This document shows, in pieces, positions 1 through 9,195 of a DNA stretch of 64,000 nucleotides (position 1 is its first letter; every line of letters starts with the position of its first letter). Source of the DNA: an uncultured Nitrososphaeraceae archaeon (GTDB lineage: Archaea; Thermoproteota; Nitrososphaeria; Nitrososphaerales; Nitrososphaeraceae). The notes below the pieces were generated by a model. The model made no database searches. It was not told the DNA's origin and saw only the letters and a list, made by a program, of their open reading frames with translations. A program made the position numbers and the translations under genes. The stretch spans positions 64,001-128,000 of the forward strand of contig CAWGVG010000026.1 of assembly GCA_963825865.1 (NCBI GenBank), written 5' to 3'.

Positions 1-584
1 CCTTCTTTAATACTAATTGTTCCTCCAATAAGACACGATAAGTTACCCTGCGCCTCTAATGTATAAGATTTGCTGAGTTTAGATAAGATAAGTTTTGATT
101 TTAGATTTGATCCATTTTCTGATTTAGATGGCGATGATGTCAATATAACCGACATGTTTGCGGATAATGGATTTGGTAATTTACTGTTTCTTAAATCTTT
201 GGGTCTCTCCTTTAATAGTTCGCTTAAAGTTGGTTGCTTGCCCTCTCTGTGATAATAACTTTTAGTAATAATATTGATGACAGGCTCATTTAAACGCAAA
301 TTCATTGCAGCAAAATAGTGGTAAGAAGTTTCTGAAAAGTGCAAAATAAACATTCCAGCAACATCATTAAAATGCCAATCATCTAATCGAGCTATTCTGT
401 CATCGAAAAACTCAAAGCCTTCTTCTTTCGAATGTCTTTCGATAGAATCAATCCTACTTGCAATTTCTTTTATTAGATAATCTGGCACTTCGTATTTGCC
501 ATTGGAAAAAGTAGCTGAAACATCTTGTCTTTTAATTGGTCTTGATATTGATTCAAAAAGAATGAGAAATTCACAATCAGGCAT
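1..584 (-). CDS. Nudix-like hydrolase (NUDT22-like), runs off the window start
   Basis: Hand translation from ATG 584 has no stop down to position 1: MPDCEFL...FFDDRIARLDDWHF...ILHFSETSYHYFAAMN...SKLPNPLSANMSVIL...LILSKLSKSYTLEAQGNLSCLIGGTI. Motif order resembles NUDT22-type proteins. Not in the ORF track. Confidence 0.5.
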   Translation of the reverse strand, partial: MPDCEFLILFESISRPIKRQDVSATFSNGKYEVPDYLIKEIASRIDSIERHSKEEGFEFFDDRIARLDDWHFNDVAGMFILHFSETSYHYFAAMNLRLNEPVINIITKSYYHREGKQPTLSELLKERPKDLRNSKLPNPLSANMSVILTSSPSKSENGSNLKSKLILSKLSKSYTLEAQGNLSCLIGGTISIKE

Positions 585-1058
585 TTCCTTATTACTATTT
601 ATCACTCTTTATTTCACTTTAAGATATTGCAACTTTTGAATATGAAGATTGGTCTTGTCTATTGGTGTCTGGATTAATCTTACAAACTTTAGATAACATT
701 AATGCAAGCTTATTGACCATATAATAATTGGGATAGCCATGAGGACTCTGAAATATTCTTATGAGAAAAATAAGAATATTCTGTTCAAAAAGGCAGATGA
801 TACTTGGTATCCACAAGCTTGCAAATTTTTAAAATTGGAACATCATTTACATTCTTCTTTTGAGAAAAGCATCATATAGAAAGAACAATCCAATATGTTA
901 AAGATAGAACTGAAAGTTTTGATGACTATTTGTCTTGTATTACGTGTTCATTCCCATACGTACGTGATTGGCTAAAATGAGCATCCATTTAAAAATGAGG
1001 CAAATGCTAGATTAATATGCAATCTTTTAACAGGAGGTCCCATAAAGGCTGACGCTCT

Positions 1059-1445
1059 ATGCACTCTAATGAAGCGATTGAGACCGTCCGTTTGCTGAAA
1101 AATGGTTCGATAGCTGATGAAAGCGAACTGCAGAAATTGGAGCTTTTAATAAAGACAAAGAAATGGAATCTATATTGTATACGCCACTCGGCTATTACTT
1201 CTGATTCTGACTTTTTACCTGAGTATGCACTGAAGAAAAAGGTGCGATGGTCTATGAATTCAAACCAAGGTGCTCGGTACATAAAAAGAAGAATGGGTAA
1301 TGATTTAAAGCTAAAGATCCTTGTCCGAAATGGTATTATTTCCGAGCAACAGATAGAGAAAAGGCCATCTATTCTAAATTGTCCAAGATGTAGCTTAGTC
1401 AATGCAATGGACCTATTTCTTTTCAGAGTAGATTTGAAAAATTGA
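1059..1445 (+). pseudogene. C-terminal fragment of a tyrosine recombinase/integrase
   Basis: WNLYCIRHSAIT (HxxRH-like box), WSMNS..GARYI (catalytic Tyr region) and a C-terminal CPRC knuckle; N-terminal part missing. Confidence 0.7.
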
Positions 1446-1660
1446 ATTAGTGACACACATTTCGCTGTTACCCATGAATATGCATTATCTCACAACCAAA
1501 TAACTTCCTGTTATTTATTATATGAAATATCACTCGTAAAAAGCAATAAAGAGTCACGCACTGTCTTGTATAAGAAGTGAGATTCTTTAGAAGAACTGAA
1601 GTGAATATGCTCAACTATAGCAATTAAGTCCGCTGACATATGTCCAACCAGATCGTTTTA

Positions 1661-2305
1661 TTAGCTGCTTGTATTAATTATCATTTCTTTACAATGATGA
1701 TGTAGTAAACTTTGCTTTTGTTCCTTTGTAAGATAATCGCTAAAATCTGATTCATGATAGCAACAAAATGCTTTTAGTTTTAAATCAAACTTTGGAGGTA
1801 AAGTAGTTTCATGTTCGATAAGCTCTTGTATTTTATTAAAATAAAAAAATGCACCCATATCAGCTATTACACAAACACCAGTCTTTCCAGAATGTTTTGC
1901 ATGCTCTAATAACATTCCTACAAATACCTTGATATCTACTACTGTATTGGAACCAAAATATGCTTTCTTGGAATCTACAATTATAAGAGAGCCTTCTTTT
2001 TCATGCTTCCTTATATCTAAGCTACAGACACGATCATCACAACTAACATCATCGCTCGTTGACAGAATTTTTCTAACGGATTCAGTAGTTTCATAAAATG
2101 GAAGAAGCAAGACGATATCATTTTTATTTTCAAGTTGCATTTTTGAATAACCACTATAAATTTTCCTAAAAGTAAGTAAATCAGGATATACAATAATGTA
2201 GTGGGAACCATAGTCTGCTTGCAGTATAGTTTCCAAGATGTGATTAATGTTGTCATAATGATCAATATTTCTGACATCAATAATGTTTTTTTTATCATGA
2301 GTCAA
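1661..2305 (-). CDS. MEDS-domain sensory protein
   Basis: GSHYIIVY, GSLIIVDS, GVCVIADMGAFF, AFCCYH motifs; directly downstream of a receiver gene. Confidence 0.75.
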   Translation of the reverse strand: MTHDKKNIIDVRNIDHYDNINHILETILQADYGSHYIIVYPDLLTFRKIYSGYSKMQLENKNDIVLLLPFYETTESVRKILSTSDDVSCDDRVCSLDIRKHEKEGSLIIVDSKKAYFGSNTVVDIKVFVGMLLEHAKHSGKTGVCVIADMGAFFYFNKIQELIEHETTLPPKFDLKLKAFCCYHESDFSDYLTKEQKQSLLHHHCKEMIINTSS

Positions 2306-2315
2306 ATGCTAAGCA

Positions 2316-2735
2316 TCATATCCTTGCATTGTAATAATTTCCAACTTTATCAACAATATGCCTTTGAATAATATTAGTTAACTGCCTAGGAGATACTGGT
2401 TTATGTACAAAGTCATCTATCATAATTGATCCTAAAGATGTTGATAATTCATTATTATCAATCTCAAATGCAGACATAAGCAAAACTTTGGTTATGGGAT
2501 TTATCTGCTTAATCCTTTTTATGAATTCAAATCCGGTCATTCCTGGCATCCTTATGTCAGAAAGAACAATAGCACAGTTGTTATAATTTAACTTGAAATA
2601 TTCTAATGCCAATAATGGCCTAGTAAAACCATAAACATGACTAAAACCTCCGTCTACTTCTAGTGATCGTTTAATTACATGAAGTATGTCTAATTCATCA
2701 TCAACAACTAAAACAGACTTTTGATCTAATGTCAT
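2316..2735 (-). CDS. Single-domain response regulator (CheY-like receiver)
   Basis: VLVVDDE, SDIRMPGMTG, LLMSA and FVHKP receiver motifs. Confidence 0.92.
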   Translation of the reverse strand: MTLDQKSVLVVDDELDILHVIKRSLEVDGGFSHVYGFTRPLLALEYFKLNYNNCAIVLSDIRMPGMTGFEFIKRIKQINPITKVLLMSAFEIDNNELSTSLGSIMIDDFVHKPVSPRQLTNIIQRHIVDKVGNYYNARI

Positions 2736-2773
2736 ACCTCAGATGGCTATAAGTTACTATATTATAGTACTAT

Positions 2774-3007
2774 TTAAGTAAACTTTTTTAGTGCATTTTG
2801 CCCTTTCCCAAAAGATAAAAAAAACAAAGGCAAGTAGTTTTTCCTATTGGAAAACACTTTACAACAAAGGGCGAACACAACTGTCACTTTCTTTTCATGA
2901 GATGTTTTTGTTGTATTGTCTTCCCCAGTTTCTGCTGAGAGCCTAGTAGGTGATTCTTCCTTGTCTTTCTGTGATGATTTAGAAATCTCTGTATCTTCCG
3001 TGGTCAT
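2774..3007 (-). CDS. Small hypothetical protein
   Basis: Probable start MTTEDTE at 3007 with a TATA-like TTATTAAG about 25 nt upstream; charged low-complexity N-terminus. Confidence 0.35.
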   Translation of the reverse strand: MTTEDTEISKSSQKDKEESPTRLSAETGEDNTTKTSHEKKVTVVFALCCKVFSNRKNYLPLFFLSFGKGQNALKKFT

Positions 3008-3281
3008 AACATATGAATACACGTCAATACTTAATAAGAAATTCATGCTATTGTATGAGCTATGGCGGTGATCCTCTTGGTATCATCACCTATGCAGACG
3101 ATATGTAGCTATACATATCGTGAGCTGATAGCATGTCTAGAGAGGGCTGGAATAGTGTTTCTTAGATAATAACAGCACTATGCATGCTGAAAGAGTTGTG
3201 AGATTAATTAATAAGATATATGCGCTCAATGCATATAATCAACATTTTGTTTTTGATATTGCCTATTATCTGGCTAGACAG

Positions 3282-3590
3282 CTAGTGTGTTGGTATTCCT
3301 TTTACTGGTAGTACCGCGATGGGGTTTACTCTTGGAATAATTAAGGGTTGAGCACGATCAGCACAAAATGGTGTTGCTGTAATACTGGCAAATGTTACTA
3401 GGACTGATCCGGTCATTCCGCCACCTGTACAAACTATACCGCTACTGCCAGGTGTTGCTAGTAACGGAGTTCCCTCTTGTGAACAAGTTGCGTTGTTTCC
3501 TGAATGGGTACATACCACATTTTGAGCTTCTTGTTCTTGTACATTATCAAATCCACTTGCTGTGCCGTATTGTTTGTCTCTGCGGAGTTA
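3282..3590 (-). pseudogene. 5'-truncated member of the secreted GFDN/CTHP family
   Basis: In-frame RDKQYGTASGFDNVQEQEAQNVVCTHSGNNATCSQEG, homologous to 8059-8322; preceded by a stop and lacks a signal peptide. Confidence 0.75.
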
Positions 3591-3619
3591 AGAAACAGCA
3601 CTTGATTTGCTATATGATT

Positions 3620-3691
3620 AATTATACGAAATTATTCGGTATTAAATCATATTAAATAAATCAGCATTAACTTACTCAAGTCAAATATACA
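3620..3691 (+). promoter_or_regulatory. Orphan copy of the GFDN-family promoter (two upstream units plus the TATA-containing motif)
   Basis: TAACTTACTCAAGTCAAATATACA at 3668-3691; AATTAT...TCGG and AATCAT...TCAG units at 3620 and 3645. Confidence 0.6.
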
Positions 3692-4078
3692 TATGCCACT
3701 GGCTAGAAATCTAAGCATACATTACACTTGTTAGACAGACTGAACAAGTCCAATCTTAACAATCATTTCTCCATTAAACACTATAAGGATCTAGGAGAAT
3801 TATGATACATATAATTATATATTTAAATTTCTCATAACTACATACGATAAATAAAAAATCTCATATATTTTTATGAGTTGAAAAAAATTATATAAATGGT
3901 CCATATATCGTGTGATTGACAACTGAAGTGTTAACTTTCCAGCCCTGAAGCATGTGGGCTTGTAACTGCCTAAAAAAGAGCCGTAACCATAGTTTCATTG
4001 ACCGGAACTCTATTCTTTATGTTTAAAACTCCTGCATAATCTAGCAGTTCTTAAATCCACATTGCTCACACATAACGG

Positions 4079-4555
4079 TCATGCTACACCTGTGACATTT
4101 ACATGGGCGTATTGTTTCATGTTAGGGTCGTTACCACAAGAGATTTTTGCAGCTATCCTGTTTTCTCCTTCTTCAATTGGAGTATATTTAGAAGTCAGTG
4201 TTATACTCCACTGTGAGTAGTCATTGGCTCCGCCAGGACCATCTGCTACTGCTGGTTGATATGGTTTTACACGATTTAAATTTACAGTGATTTTGCAATC
4301 AGAAGCAGCGTTGGCCATGGACGTTCCTCTTACCTCAAGATCTTGGCCAATAGGTATTCTTTGACCATCTTGAGGTGATATTATTGTTATCGCACCATCA
4401 GGTAACGTTGCCGTTGATGGCTGCGGTGTCGATGATTCTGGTAATTGGGCATATGAAACATTAGCTAAAAAAACAGTAGTAGTAGGAGCAAGCATTATCA
4501 TAGATAAAGAAAAGGCTATCACAACAGGTATTACTGATATCTTTTTAGGGGTCAA
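4079..4555 (-). CDS. Secreted protein with an Ig-like domain
   Basis: Signal peptide ending VSYA, P/T/S linker, then ITIISPQDGQRIP...EVRGTS...C...YSQWSITL...GENRIAAKISC. Confidence 0.7.
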   Translation of the reverse strand: MTPKKISVIPVVIAFSLSMIMLAPTTTVFLANVSYAQLPESSTPQPSTATLPDGAITIISPQDGQRIPIGQDLEVRGTSMANAASDCKITVNLNRVKPYQPAVADGPGGANDYSQWSITLTSKYTPIEEGENRIAAKISCGNDPNMKQYAHVNVTGVA

Positions 4556-4601
4556 TGTATATGTGATTTTATATTATTATATTTAAAATTTACTAACAGT
4601 T

Positions 4602-5349
4602 GGCTTTGTAGAAACCATGCGATTATAGTAAGGTTAGTTAATCTGTGGGTATTGTAGGCGATGCATCTGAATGATAATTCCCTGTTTTGTGTTCTCACTA
4701 GTCTTGATGTAATGTGTTCTCCAAATAATCTTTTTATGACTGATATTATGGTTTCATCCTTGTTTCGTTGATTGTACAACAATTTGGAATAGCCACGCTT
4801 AATCTGTTTCCTATATTTACCATGTGTTCTCCATACTGGTACATGTTCATATCGAGCTGGGATTACACTGAATGCATGTAAATCTTCCCTTACCAAAAGG
4901 TGGTTGTCTTCACTATCATATCCCCTATCAGCTGTAACTACAGATAATGGCAAGATTTCTGATGTTTGTAAGTAATAATATGAATGAGGAAATTATTCTC
5001 TCTAATAATGTACCATTTATTCTTTCAGCAAACTTCTGAAGGGTAGTATAATGGGGTATATGTGATAACTGAAGAAACATTCTGAGATAATATGCTTCTA
5101 TCAACCATTCCACAAACATTCTATAACTCTTACCTTCATACTGTCGTACAGTAAGCAAGACTACATGCTCCATACGCTAAATACATGGTTGCTCTTTCGA
5201 TGAAGAAGCAGTGGTATTCTTGAATTTCTTAAAACACGATATATTGTATTTGCTAGTCTAACATACTTAGATTCCTTCAATATACATAGTGTATTATGCT
5301 TCTAGAAAGCTTTGACGTAATCTATCAAAAGCATGTTTTCTACAATGCC
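4602..5349 (-). mobile_element. IS5-family (ISH1-group-like) insertion sequence, internally deleted
   Basis: 19-bp TIRs (GGCTTTGTAGAAACCATGC / GCATGTTTTCTACAATGCC, 17/19 match); 8-bp target duplication TAACAGTT at 4594-4601 and 5350-5357; transposase fragments IPHYTTLQKF, TADRGYDS and YNQRNKDET. Confidence 0.9.
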
Positions 5350-5729
5350 TAACAGTTCTGTCTCCCTTTGATTTTGTTATTACGTATATCCTAAAACTTC
5401 CTAAATTCTAATAGTGTCTTGCATATAAAATTAAATCAGTTAATTTTCGAGTAATAAAGTTAATATTCGTTTTTATAATCTGCAATCCAGAATCTTATTT
5501 GAGAGTTCTCTCGAAGCAAACTCTGCACTAGGTCAATGGATACTACCATCATCGGAATTAAAGAATGCCTACAAGCAAGGATATCATGAATCCAATGTTA
5601 CTATGGATGAAGTCAAGCAAAGAAAATAACAACAATAATAAACCAGCAACAAAAGAAGAAATTTCAAAAAAAGCACAGTAAAAGAAGTTTAAGCCTGCAC
5701 CTAGTCCCAAAGCGAGAATTGAATGCCTT

Positions 5730-6119
5730 TTATTCCTTCATGGTAACTTGATTAACTTCAAAGAATCCTAGCTGTCCTGGTATAGGTATTGGTTTAATGA
5801 ATTTCCTCGCGTCTTTTAGCAAAAAACCATACTTGGGTTCCGTATAGCTTGAACTGAAATGTTTATCCTTGTCCGCTACAAAATCTTGTTTGGTAGAATA
5901 TCTCTTAACATCGTATAAAAATGCAAGGCCTATTATTGCTCCCTTTGTTAGTTTACTACAATCCATATTCAGTATGTCAGAACTCTCTTTGTCAATAATC
6001 ATTGATGCATGAATAAGGAATTTGCCTCTGAAATTTGTCTTCCATGTTCTTGTCTCTATAGTTTTTCTTCCGGCTACCACAAGCTCAGCATAGGGTTGCC
6101 TTAGAGACAAACATTTCAA
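5730..6119 (-). CDS. ASCH-domain protein
   Basis: LSLRQPYAELVVAGRKTIETRTW, LIHAS and PIPIPGQLGFF. Confidence 0.9.
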   Translation of the reverse strand: MKCLSLRQPYAELVVAGRKTIETRTWKTNFRGKFLIHASMIIDKESSDILNMDCSKLTKGAIIGLAFLYDVKRYSTKQDFVADKDKHFSSSYTEPKYGFLLKDARKFIKPIPIPGQLGFFEVNQVTMKE

Positions 6120-6309
6120 AGGCTTTCGTTCTCTTGCTAGGGATCGTTTGTAAATAAAACTACTTGCTCATTTTCGTGATAAGTAATCTTGCACGGCTCT
6201 GAAACTGATAGACTATATACTTTCTGTAAGATTATGTTATTTGTCATTCTATATCGCGACATTATTAATTTACAAACCAAGAATGAATCAGTTCTAAAAT
6301 TTTCAACAT

Positions 6310-6453
6310 CTATTTCACTTCGTGATGGCCTTTTTTCTCGTAAATCTGCAATAACTTTTCTATGATCTGGTCATAAGTTTCTCCTTTTTTTCCTATATCT
6401 TTGAGTTTGTCCCTAGTCGTTTACTTTAGCTGTATAGTTGTAATTCTGACCAT
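6310..6453 (-). pseudogene. Small ribbon-helix-helix/antitoxin-like DNA-binding protein with an in-frame TAA
   Basis: MVRITTIQLK*TTRDKLKDIGKKGETYDQIIEKLLQIYEKKGHHEVK. Confidence 0.55.
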
Positions 6454-6667
6454 TACAAAAATTTTACCACACTAACCATATAAGCATAGAGTAATTATGG
6501 TAAGCCATAGTGCCATACATACACATCGCTATACATAGGCATTCCGAAACAACAAACTGACTGTTCATACCATAACAGTTGCTATAGTTATATACATTTT
6601 ATTTATTGTTATTAGATATAATGTATGATGGAAATCAAAAAATCTATTGTTATTTGATAGTCTCAAT

Positions 6668-6726
6668 AATTATATCGGATAATTCAGCAAAAACAAATAG
6701 CATCACTTACTCAAGGCAAATATATA
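6668..6726 (+). promoter_or_regulatory. GFDN-family promoter
   Basis: AATTATATCGGATAATTCAG unit at 6668 and TCACTTACTCAAGGCAAATATATA at 6703-6726, about 25 nt before ATG 6752. Confidence 0.65.
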
Positions 6727-6751
6727 GAACGATCGAAATGCTTGGTAACAT

Positions 6752-7350
6752 ATGAACAACACCAAAACTCTAGCAGCTACTGTCTGCTATCTTAATCGCA
6801 ACAACATTAGTAGTATGAGGAGCATTCGGAGCAACATCCGCATTTGCTTATCAAAAGAAAGGAGCATCACAAGAAAATATTAAAAATGGTAACACAGTTA
6901 CCATCCAGGCATGCAAACAAAGAGGGTAAGTAAGTGGAAATGATAATACACTAGGACGAGAATGTCAAAACGTGATATATACCCATCCAAGCAGCGATGC
7001 AACCTGTGTAAGGGATCCGGGCAATGAAAAACCAGTAATATCACCAACATCAGGCCAACTCCGGGTACGTTATTAGTTAAAAAAATCGTAGTCTGTAAAG
7101 ACGATATGGCCACATCTATAGTAAGAGATGAATGTCCTAACCCTGGAGACTTCAAAATAACAGTAACTGGTACCCCATCCTGACCCAGATTCATTCAAGG
7201 GAAGTGAAAGTGGCACTCTTGTTACACTAGTTGCAGGTCGTTACTCAGGTGATTGCAACGCAAATGGCTCTGGTACGATAAAGGCAAACGAGCATCAGAC
7301 ATGTACTGTTACAAACACAGAACAAGACAAGGAAATGAAGAATTATTAGA
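6752..7350 (+). pseudogene. GFDN/CTHP-family secreted protein with a C-terminal SpaA/prealbumin-like domain, disrupted
   Basis: MNNTKTLA...SAFA YQKKG...KNGNTVTIQACKQRG*VSGNDNTLGRECQNVIYTHPSSDATC, then TLLVKKIVVC...PGDFKITVTG...ESGTLVTL...SGDC..GSGTIKANEHQTCTVTNT; several stops and frameshifts. Confidence 0.75.
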
Positions 7351-7915
7351 CATTATTGAGACACAATACCAAAAAGAAGGGCAATTTAAACCTCCCAACT
7401 CTTTTTTTAATTTTAAATAAAGTTTAGTAATGATTTGAAAAATTTACGGAAAAGGCAGAATAAAAGGTGTTTTATCAGGTTCTGCAGAGTAGTGAAGGCC
7501 TTGTTGCATGCAAGTTGTATTAATATTACTATCGCACATATACCGAAATGCGCTCGCTTGTTGTTGCAAAACTAATGCAGTAAAAGCTCCTCCTATCACT
7601 ATTACTGCCAGCATCAGTAGTAGTAGTATTAATATTATCGTGATAATTTAATGTCGTCTCCAAAGTCATTATCATTACTAGAGATATATTGGATTAGGTA
7701 GTTATTGCTGTATTTTGTTAATGAAGTTGTTTCTAAATTATCTACTATTATTATTAATACATATATCTCACTTATAATTTACGATCAATACTGTTATATT
7801 CATGAAGTTTTCAATTTTAATAGATATTATTTTCTTATTGTAACCTTTTAAAAAATTGTATTACTAGTAATATATATAAATAATAAGTAAGTTCTCATAG
7901 TTTGGTAACGTAAAT

Positions 7916-8026
7916 AATTATGCTAAACAACTTAGTAGCAAATTATACTACAGAAATCAGGTACTAGATTATACTAAAGACGTCAGTAATAACAAACAGT
8001 AGTAACTTGCACAAGTCAAATATATA
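7916..8026 (+). promoter_or_regulatory. GFDN-family promoter with three tandem upstream units
   Basis: Units at 7916, 7941 and 7967; TAACTTGCACAAGTCAAATATATA at 8003-8026. Confidence 0.65.
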
Positions 8027-8058
8027 GATGATATCATAAGGCTTATGACGAAATTTAC

Positions 8059-8322
8059 ATGAACAACACAAAAACTCTAGCAATAGTTGCTGTCTTAACA
8101 GCGGCAACATTAGTAGTGGGATTAACAGTCTCAGCAACATCAGCAGCATTTGCTTTCAAGAGGGGACAAGACGATAGTAAAAATGGTAACACAGTTACCA
8201 TACAGGCAGAGAAACAAAAAGCTTCAGTAAGTGGATTTGATAACGATCTAGAACAAGAAGCTCAAAGTGTTATCTGCACACACCCTGGCGAAAACGCAAC
8301 CTGTACTAGCGAAAGCGGTTAG
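8059..8322 (+). CDS. Small secreted protein, intact GFDN/CTHP family member
   Basis: Signal peptide ending AFA, core NGNTVTIQAEKQKASVSGFDNDLEQEAQSVICTHPGENATC; TATA upstream and T-rich terminator downstream. Confidence 0.85.
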   Translation: MNNTKTLAIVAVLTAATLVVGLTVSATSAAFAFKRGQDDSKNGNTVTIQAEKQKASVSGFDNDLEQEAQSVICTHPGENATCTSESG

Positions 8323-8367
8323 AATAGGACAGGCAGGAGCTGTATCTGTTACTGCATGGCAAGGTAG

Positions 8368-8401
8368 TTCTTTTTTTACTACTACCACAACCTTTTTTCT
8401 T
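8368..8401 (+). terminator. Oligo-T terminator, exact 34-bp copy at 14950-14983
   Basis: TTCTTTTTTTACTACTACCACAACCTTTTTTCTT directly after 8059-8322. Confidence 0.6.
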
Positions 8402-8427
8402 ATACCAGGCAGCGTTTCGATGTCCAA

Positions 8428-8500
8428 TTCACTAATGGTGAGATGACATATATGTCTTTACTAATGGTGACTGCTATTAATTCTGTTCACTAATGGTGAG
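8428..8500. repeat. Three imperfectly palindromic 14-bp direct repeats, 29-bp period
   Basis: TT(C/T)ACTAATGGTGA at 8428, 8457 and 8486. Confidence 0.85.
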
Positions 8501-9020
8501 CGGACAAACGCCTACATTTGTATTCAGCTGCTAAAAAAGCTACCTAGACTATGGTGTCTTATGTTCTACTAATATACGTATTATTGATATAATCTTCAAT
8601 TTTGTGAAAAAATTAGTGTCTGGACTGCATATGCAGCGGAATTACACGACCATACCTATTATATAGATGTTTGATATGTGAATTGATATGTGAATACGGC
8701 CATATTTCCCTAAGATGCTTGAGACGAATTCATCTACTTCTTCTTCTTTTGTTGTATCATCTTTGATTTGTTGTACTGTGTTGAAGAGGTTCACATAGAC
8801 CGTATCGTCGATCGCTAGAACATCTTCAGCATCATCCTGTGATGGGTTTTCTTGTGAATCTATATCTTTCTGGGTTATTTCTTGCTGATTCAGTTACAGA
8901 CAGAAATGCGTATCTTAGGAGTACTTTTGCATTTGACAAATACCTACTCACTTTGTTAGAAATTGCGTAAGACGGGGTCGATACCATAAGCTATACTTCT
9001 ATTGTACCATATCGTATTGA

Positions 9021-9195
9021 CAAAGGGATAACACAGCTAATGACGATTCTTTTTAAAGCCTATTTCTCTAAATTTACTTTAATATTCAAAATAGGTAAGG
9101 ATGTGTTAGAAGGTTATCTGATAGCAGAGGGCCTTAAGAGGTATCACGAAGATGACTTGAAAAATTGCAATATCTAAGTTTGATATATTTATATA
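9021..9195. repeat. Dispersed ~180-bp non-coding repeat, copy 1
   Basis: Aligns by eye with 9722-9934 and 42446-42650. Confidence 0.85.

Noticed and set aside
8428-8500. CRISPR array
   Set aside because: Repeats (14 bp) and spacers (15 bp) are far too short, there are only three units, and no cas genes; kept as a generic repeat
8673-8696. 12-bp tandem duplication TGATATGTGAAT
   Set aside because: Only two copies; an ordinary slippage duplication
9040-9177. 45-aa ORF inside the dispersed repeat
   Set aside because: Broken by a stop or frameshift in the other two copies
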